Positions 57,843-64,000 of a stretch of 64,000 nt of DNA are shown here, in pieces. The stretch is from an uncultured Candidatus Binatia bacterium (lineage in GTDB: Bacteria > Desulfobacterota > Binatia > Bin18), in the NCBI GenBank assembly GCA_965200965.1, contig OZ241744.1:2592001-2656000 (forward strand). The letters run 5' to 3'. Within the stretch, counting starts at the first letter, position 1, and every line of letters begins with the position of its first letter. Below the pieces are notes generated by a model. That model did not search any database. It saw only the letters and a program-made list of their open reading frames with translations, and was not told where the DNA came from. The translations under genes and the position numbers were made by a program.

Positions 57843-58603
57843 GCTCCGCTCCCCTCCTCGTCCGTCTCCGCCGGTGTGTCGGATGGGGCCTGGGCGTCTT
57901 CCTGGGCGATGGCCCGCAAGAAGACATCTTCCAGCGATTGCCCCTCCGTCAGATGGGCCAGGGTATCTTCGAGCACGACTTGGCCGGAGCGTATGATGAC
58001 CACTTTTTCGCACACCTGGGCGACCTCGGGCAAAATGTGGGTGGACAGCACAACGGTATGCGATCCGGCCAACTCTCTGATGAGGGAGCGAATCTCGATG
58101 ATCTGCTGCGGGTCAAGCCCCACGGTTGGCTCGTCCAGGACCAGGACCGCAGGATTGTGAATGATCGCCTGGGCCAGCCCGACCCGCTGCCGAAAACCCT
58201 TGGACAGGTGTCCGGTCAGCCGCTTGACGACCTCAGTCAGCCCACAGCGGGTCACGGCTGTGTCGAGGGCGTCGCCAATCTCGGCCTTTCTCAACCCCTT
58301 GATCCGGGCCACAAAGCGCAGATACGCGCCAACGGTCATATCGGTGTACAGGGGCGGGCTTTCCGGCAAGTAGCCGATCCGCTTGCGCACCTCAAAGGAG
58401 TCGGTGAAAATATCGAACCCATCAACTTTGACCGTGCCGCTCGTCGCCGGCATGAAGCCGGTAATAATGCGCATGGTCGTGGTCTTGCCCGAGCCGTTGG
58501 GACCGAGGAAGCCGAGAATCTGACCCGTATCGACCTGAAAAGAGATATTCGAGACCGCGGTCAGTTCCCCGTAGCGTTTTGTCAGATGCTGTACTTCTAT
58601 CAT
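57839..58603 (-). CDS. ABC ATP-binding protein (GldA-like)
   Basis: GPNGSGKTT, LSKGFRQR and LDEPT. Confidence 0.93.
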   Translation of the reverse strand: MIEVQHLTKRYGELTAVSNISFQVDTGQILGFLGPNGSGKTTTMRIITGFMPATSGTVKVDGFDIFTDSFEVRKRIGYLPESPPLYTDMTVGAYLRFVARIKGLRKAEIGDALDTAVTRCGLTEVVKRLTGHLSKGFRQRVGLAQAIIHNPAVLVLDEPTVGLDPQQIIEIRSLIRELAGSHTVVLSTHILPEVAQVCEKVVIIRSGQVVLEDTLAHLTEGQSLEDVFLRAIAQEDAQAPSDTPAETDEEGSGA

Positions 58604-58716
58604 GGCGTAGAACGCATGGGCGGCGTTTGAGATAGGGATTGTCCTGCGACTGTTGGCAGAAAGAAGGTAGTAATGCGCCGACAACTTGTCAAGCTGCCGA
58701 GCGGGGGCGGGTGGTA

Positions 58717-59574
58717 TCACGCCCGCTCTTGAGTGGCCCGGACAAAGGCGGCCAGGCCGTCCTGCCAGGCCGGCAAGACAAAGGCGGGGTCCTGCACGGT
58801 GGTCAAGACCGCATAGCGCGGCCGTGGGGCGGGCCGGGGAAAGGCGCTGGTGGCGACCGGTGTGACCGGGAGCGCCAGACCGAGCAGACGATATAAGGTC
58901 CGGGTCAGCTCAAACCAGCTCGTCCCGCCCGCGCCGGCCATATGGTAGGTGCCGTAGGCCCGGGTGTGGATGAGCCTGGTCAGCGCCGCGGCCAGATGCG
59001 GCGCATAGGTTGGCGAGCCGTACTGATCGCTTACCACCCGCACCTCCGGCCTATCGGGTTTGTCGGCCAGCCCGCGCATTGTGGTGACGAAATTGCGGCC
59101 TGAGGTGTGGTAGAGCCAGGCGGTCCGCACGATATAGTGCTGGCGGGTGAGGCTGCGCACCGCCTCTTCGCCGGCCAGTTTACTCATCCCATACACCGAC
59201 AGCGGGCCGGGCCGGTCAAACTCGTGGTAGGGCCGCTCGGCCCTGCCATCAAAGACATAATCGCTTGAGATGTGCAGCAGGGGGGTGGCACGCTCCGCGC
59301 TGGCCAGGGCCAGGTTGCGCGGACCCAGCGCGTTGACCCGATAGGCCGCCTCGGGCGCGGTCTCGGCCGCATCAACACTGGTGAAGGCCGCGGCGTTAAT
59401 GACGATATGGGGACGAATCCGGCCGACAGCCGTGCGGACCGTGTCGAGTCGGGTGATATCAAGCTCGGATTTGCCGTAGGCGACAACCCGCTCAGCGCCG
59501 CGGCTCAGCGCCGCCTGGAGGGTCTGGCCGAGCTGTCCCCGTGCGCCGGCTATCAGTATGTTCATGTCAGGCAA
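58717..59574 (-). CDS. rfbD: dTDP-4-dehydrorhamnose reductase
   Basis: [20 protein letters not shown] and DQYGSPT. Confidence 0.95.
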   Translation of the reverse strand: MPDMNILIAGARGQLGQTLQAALSRGAERVVAYGKSELDITRLDTVRTAVGRIRPHIVINAAAFTSVDAAETAPEAAYRVNALGPRNLALASAERATPLLHISSDYVFDGRAERPYHEFDRPGPLSVYGMSKLAGEEAVRSLTRQHYIVRTAWLYHTSGRNFVTTMRGLADKPDRPEVRVVSDQYGSPTYAPHLAAALTRLIHTRAYGTYHMAGAGGTSWFELTRTLYRLLGLALPVTPVATSAFPRPAPRPRYAVLTTVQDPAFVLPAWQDGLAAFVRATQERA

Positions 59575-60439
59575 CCTCGTCCAGCAGCCGCAGGAGATAT
59601 CGGCCGTAGGCGTTGTCCTTCATGTTTTCGGCCCGCCCGGCCACATCCGCGGCGGTGATATAGCCCAGGGTGTAGGCGATCTCTTCTACACATGAGACCA
59701 TGAAGCCTTGGCGCTCTTGCAGGGTGTGGATGAAATTGGCCGCCTGGAGCAGCGATTCGTGGGTGCCCGTATCCAGCCAGGCAACCCCGCGTCCGAGTTT
59801 TTCGACATACAGGCTCCGGTCGTGGAGATAGGCCAGATTGACATCGGTAATTTCGAGTTCTCCACGCGCCGAAGGGGTAAGCTGGGCGGCAATGTCGCTG
59901 ACCCGGTTATCATAAAAATACAGACCGGTCACCGCGTAGTGGGAGGGTGAGGCGGCAGGTTTTTCAGCCAGGCTGATCGCCCGCCCGCCCGGGTCAAACT
60001 CGACCACCCCATAGCGCTCAGGGTCCCGAACTCGATAGGCGAAAACCGTGGCCCCGGCGCTCCGCCTGGCCGCGGTCTGGAGCAGGCCGGTCAGGCCGTG
60101 GCCATAAAAGATATTATCGCCCAGAATCAGGCAGACCGACTCCGAGCCGATAAACTCCCGCCCGATCAGGAAAGCCTGGGCTATGCCTTGCGGCTGGGGC
60201 TGGCCGGCATAGCCGATGCTGAGGCCCAGCCACCGGCCGTCGCCCAGCAGCCGGACAAAGGCGTCCTGGTCATGGGGTGTGGTAATGACCAGGATATCTC
60301 GAATCCCGGCCAGCATCAGCACCGACAGGGGATAATAGATCATGGGCTTGTCATACACCGGCATGAGCTGTTTGCTGACCGCCCGGCTAAGGGGATACAG
60401 ACGTTTACCCGATCCGCCGGCCAGGATGATGCCTTTCAT
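59567..60439 (-). CDS. rfbA: Glucose-1-phosphate thymidylyltransferase
   Basis: [21 protein letters not shown] and RGELEITD. Confidence 0.97.
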   Translation of the reverse strand: MKGIILAGGSGKRLYPLSRAVSKQLMPVYDKPMIYYPLSVLMLAGIRDILVITTPHDQDAFVRLLGDGRWLGLSIGYAGQPQPQGIAQAFLIGREFIGSESVCLILGDNIFYGHGLTGLLQTAARRSAGATVFAYRVRDPERYGVVEFDPGGRAISLAEKPAASPSHYAVTGLYFYDNRVSDIAAQLTPSARGELEITDVNLAYLHDRSLYVEKLGRGVAWLDTGTHESLLQAANFIHTLQERQGFMVSCVEEIAYTLGYITAADVAGRAENMKDNAYGRYLLRLLDEVA

Positions 60440-60463
60440 GCGCCCCTCCTCACAGGCTGCCCG

Positions 60464-61567
60464 TCATCCGTCCTGTCTACGTTTGACCGTGGCCGGGTCA
60501 AGTCCCAAGCGCTGGCCCTGGTCTTTGCCCGCCAGCACAGTCTCACACCACTCCCGATGCGACAGATACCACTCAACCGTGTGTTGCAGGCCGCGCTCAA
60601 AATCATGGCTGGGCCGCCAGCCGAGTTCGGTCCGAATCTTGGTCGCGTCAATGGCGTAGCGGTGGTCATGGCCCGGCCGGTCCGGCACAAAGGTTTTCAG
60701 TGCCGCATAGCTGCTGGCCTGGCCCAGGTGCGGGTTGTGGACGGCCGGAAAAGTGGCCTCAAGACACGCGCACAGCCGGTCAACAATCTCCAGATTGGTG
60801 CGCTCATTGCCGCCACCGATATTATAGCTCTCGCCTATTCTGCCGCGTTGCAGCACCAACAGCAGACCGGCGCAGTGGTCTTCAACATGGAGCCAGTCCC
60901 GGATATTTCCCCCGTCGCCGTAAATCGGCAGCGGCTTGCCCTGGAGGGCGTTCAATACCATGAGCGGAATCAGCTTTTCGGGAAATTGATACGGCCCGTA
61001 GTTGTTGGAGCAGTTGGTGATCAGGGTTGGCAGCGCGTAGGTTGCCCGGTAGGCCCGGACCAGATGATCGGCCCCGGCCTTTGAGGCCGAATAGGGCGAA
61101 GTCGGCGCATAAGGGGTCGTTTCCGAAAACAGGCCGGTCTGGCCCAAGGTCCCGTACACCTCGTCGGTCGAGACATGCACAAAACGGAAGGCCGCCCGTC
61201 GCTCGGCCGACAGCCCCGTCCAGTAGTGACGAGCGGCTTCGAGCAGCGAGAAGGCACCGATAACATTGGTCTCAATAAACGGCCACGGCCCGTCGATCGA
61301 GCGGTCAACGTGGGTTTCGGCAGCAAAATGAAGAATGGCCTGGGGCTGGCTGTTGAGGACAAGGGCGCGCATGGCCGCCCGGTTGGCAATATCGGCCCGA
61401 ATAAACCGAAAGCGCGGCTGGCACTGCACATCTGCCAGGTTGGCCAGGTTGCCGGCATAGCTCAGCTTATCCACAACGACGACCCGGGCCTCGGTGTGGG
61501 TCAAGGCATAGCGGACAAAATTGCTCCCGATAAACCCAGCTCCACCCGTTACCAGGAGAGTATCCAT
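60464..61567 (-). CDS. rfbB: dTDP-glucose 4,6-dehydratase
   Basis: [24 protein letters not shown] and YSASK. Confidence 0.97.
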   Translation of the reverse strand: MDTLLVTGGAGFIGSNFVRYALTHTEARVVVVDKLSYAGNLANLADVQCQPRFRFIRADIANRAAMRALVLNSQPQAILHFAAETHVDRSIDGPWPFIETNVIGAFSLLEAARHYWTGLSAERRAAFRFVHVSTDEVYGTLGQTGLFSETTPYAPTSPYSASKAGADHLVRAYRATYALPTLITNCSNNYGPYQFPEKLIPLMVLNALQGKPLPIYGDGGNIRDWLHVEDHCAGLLLVLQRGRIGESYNIGGGNERTNLEIVDRLCACLEATFPAVHNPHLGQASSYAALKTFVPDRPGHDHRYAIDATKIRTELGWRPSHDFERGLQHTVEWYLSHREWCETVLAGKDQGQRLGLDPATVKRRQDG

Positions 61568-61678
61568 ACGCCTGTCTCCACTCACCACTCATCATCTACC
61601 GCCCCGAAAAATAACAACGATAGGTATGCTATGCTAGCATAGGACGGCCAGCCGGAGGCCTTTGCAGGAGAAAAGCCG

Positions 61679-62689
61679 ATGAGCAGCTGTATTTTAGCCG
61701 GGGATATTGGCGGGACGAAAACCACTCTGGCCCTCTACCGCGCCACGCGCCGGGCTGACGAGGAACAGGGTGGGTCAATGAGCCTGGTTCGTGAGGACTC
61801 TTTTCCCAGTGCTCGCTATCCGGGTCTGGAGGAGGTGATTGACGCCTTCCTTGAGCAGGAAGCTGTCAGCGCCGCGGCGTTTGGGATTGCCGGCCCGGTT
61901 CTGGACGGAAAAGTGATCGCCACAAACTTGGCTTGGCAGGTCGAAGCGAGCCGTCTGACCGCCCACCTCGGTGGTGCTCAGGTCCGGCTGATGAACGACC
62001 TTGAGGCTATGGCGTATGGGGCCCTCTCCCTGGCCCCGGCTGAACTCCAGAGCCTCAACCCGGGCCGTAACCGGCCCGGCCACCGCGCGGTCATTGCCGC
62101 GGGGACGGGATTGGGCCAGGCGTTTCTGTTCTGGGACGGCCAGCGGTATCGTGCCGCAGCGACTGAGGGCGGCCATGTCGATTTTGCCTCCCGCAATGTG
62201 CTTGAAGACCGCTTGTTCGGCTATCTGCGCCGGCGCTACGCGCGGGTCTCCTACGAACGGCTGTTATCCGGGCCGGGTCTGGTCCATATCTGCCGCTTTC
62301 TGGCTGAGGAAGAGGGCCGAGCCCTGACCGCGGGGGTGGAGGAACGGATGCAGACTGAGGAGCCGGCGGCGGTCATCGGCCAGGCTGGGGTGAGCGGTGT
62401 GTGTCCTACCTGTGAGGCCGCGGTTGACATCTTTCTGAGCATCTACGGCGCTCAGGCCGGGAATCTGGCACTGACCGTGATGAGTCTGGGCGGCGTGTAT
62501 ATCGGGGGCGGGATTATCACCAAGCTGTTACCCAGAGTCGGCCACGGCGCGTTTATGCGGGCATTTGTGGACAAGGGACGCTTTGGCCCGCTGATGGAAG
62601 AAGTCCCGGTGTGGATTGTGCTCAACCCCAAGGCTTCTCAAATCGGGGCTGCCCAGGCTGCGTTGCGGCTCATCCGCGGCTCGGCCTGA
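61679..62689 (+). CDS. glk: Glucokinase
   Basis: DIGGT, ND, GTGLG, EGGH and GGVYIGGGI. Confidence 0.95.
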   Translation: MSSCILAGDIGGTKTTLALYRATRRADEEQGGSMSLVREDSFPSARYPGLEEVIDAFLEQEAVSAAAFGIAGPVLDGKVIATNLAWQVEASRLTAHLGGAQVRLMNDLEAMAYGALSLAPAELQSLNPGRNRPGHRAVIAAGTGLGQAFLFWDGQRYRAAATEGGHVDFASRNVLEDRLFGYLRRRYARVSYERLLSGPGLVHICRFLAEEEGRALTAGVEERMQTEEPAAVIGQAGVSGVCPTCEAAVDIFLSIYGAQAGNLALTVMSLGGVYIGGGIITKLLPRVGHGAFMRAFVDKGRFGPLMEEVPVWIVLNPKASQIGAAQAALRLIRGSA

Positions 62690-64000
62690 GCCGGTCCACA
62701 ATCGCGGCAAAAGCCTCGTCGGCGCACTCCTCGACCGGCCGGTCTACGGTCTGAATACGCAGGGCCGGATTGTCCGGGGGTTCATACGGCGAGGAGACGC
62801 CGGTGAACTCGGGGATGTCTCCGGCCCGGGCCCTGCGGTACAAACCTTTCACGTCTCGTTGCTCACACACCTCGAGCGGTGCGTCAACATATACCTCAAA
62901 GAAACGCTCCGGCCCGATCGTCTCCTGTGCCCGGCGGCGGTCGGCGCGAAAGGGAGAAATAACCGGGGCCAGCACAATCAGTCCGGCCTGATTAAACAGG
63001 CTGGCGACCTCTCCAACCCGCCGGATATTCTCGGTCCGCGCGTCGGCTGAAAAGCCCAAGTCCTGGTTGAGGCCAAAACGCAGGCTGTCGCCGTCCAGAC
63101 AGAACACATGGAAGCCGGCCTCGTGCAGACGCTTTTCCAAAGCCTGGGCGATTGAGGACTTGCCCGAACCCGACAGACCGGTCAGCCACACGGTCAGCGC
63201 CCGTTGACCCAGGGCGGTTTCTCGCTCGGCGCGCGATACCAGGCCGGGCTCGGGCCGGATATGGACGGCCGGGCGGCGTTCAGCAACGCTGTCTTGAGGA
63301 ACCCGGTCAATGACCATGCCCGCCCCAACCGTGTTATTGCTCAGGCGGTCAATGATGATGAAGGCACCGGTCGCCCGATTTTTGCGGTAGGGATCAAAGG
63401 CGAGCCGTTTTTCCAGATCAAACACGCAGCGGCCGATTTCGTTCAGCCCCAGCTCGCCGGCCGCCTCGCGGTGCAGGGTATTGATGTTCATACGGTAGCG
63501 GACCGCGCTGACGCGGCCCGGGGTTTTGAGCGTGGCGTGTTTGATCAGGTAGGCTTTGTCCGGCTGCATCGGCTCTTCGGTCATCCACACCACCATCGCC
63601 TCAAACCTGTTTGCCTCCAGCGGGCGGTTGTTGGGGTGGACCAGGATATCCCCCCGGCTGATATCGATTTCGTCCTCCAGGGTCAGGGTCACGGCCAGCG
63701 GTGAGCAGGCTTCGTCAAGTGCTCCGTCAAAGGTGAGAATCGACCTGACCTGGCTCGTTCTCTGGGACGGCAGCACCATGATCTCGTCGCCCGGCCGCAC
63801 AATCCCGCCGGCAATTGTGCCGCAATAGCCGCGGAAGCTCGCATCCGGGCGGTTGACGTACTGAACCGGCAGACGAAAGTCGATCAGATTCAGGTCTGAG
63901 GCAATATGCACATGCTCCAGCAGATACATCAGGGTTGCGCCCTGATACCACGGCATGGCTTCGCTTTGGGCGACGACATTATCGCCCCGCAGGGCGGACA
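62670..64000 (-). CDS. cysNC: Bifunctional sulfate adenylyltransferase subunit 1 / adenylylsulfate kinase (5' end outside window)
   Basis: FRLPVQYVNRP CysN C-terminus fused to GLSGSGKS, LDGD and RDVKGLY APS kinase. Confidence 0.95.
   Translation of the reverse strand, partial: SALRGDNVVAQSEAMPWYQGATLMYLLEHVHIASDLNLIDFRLPVQYVNRPDASFRGYCGTIAGGIVRPGDEIMVLPSQRTSQVRSILTFDGALDEACSPLAVTLTLEDEIDISRGDILVHPNNRPLEANRFEAMVVWMTEEPMQPDKAYLIKHATLKTPGRVSAVRYRMNINTLHREAAGELGLNEIGRCVFDLEKRLAFDPYRKNRATGAFIIIDRLSNNTVGAGMVIDRVPQDSVAERRPAVHIRPEPGLVSRAERETALGQRALTVWLTGLSGSGKSSIAQALEKRLHEAGFHVFCLDGDSLRFGLNQDLGFSADARTENIRRVGEVASLFNQAGLIVLAPVISPFRADRRRAQETIGPERFFEVYVDAPLEVCEQRDVKGLYRRARAGDIPEFTGVSSPYEPPDNPALRIQTVDRPVEECADEAFAAIVDRLRPSRG

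Overview
GC-rich bacterial chromosome segment; the gene set looks deltaproteobacteria/Binatia-like, which is an inference. The housekeeping backbone is uvrC, comEC, aspS, kpsF-like, uvrB, mltG, rplU-rpmA-obgE-proBA-nadD-rsfS, msrA, cca, murF, moeA, ileS-lspA, a Gld-like ABC operon, rfbBAD, glk and cysNC. It is interrupted by three defence-type insertions: a type II R-M pair plus orphan hsdS (9.6-12.6 kb), an McrBC whose reader domain looks like a ParB HTH (28.6-31.0 kb), and an ~11 kb minus-strand island (37.3-48.2 kb). The island carries Fic, a stop-split type IIG R-M gene, a DUF6338-like gene plus peptide, a Dam-ParB-nuclease trio and a DUF1828-like pair. Two non-gene signals stand out. (1) A family of 51-bp (17-codon) palindromic elements, plus a second ~52-bp family, sits in frame inside coding genes (cca twice, murF, kpsF-like, type IIG, M23 peptidase), with stem covariation and local clustering. 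(2) Three co-oriented REP-like hairpins delimit the gene modules of the island like a cassette array, with no recognisable attC sites or integrase. No rRNA, tRNA or CRISPR array was seen. All calls come from reading the sequence by eye; no searches were run.
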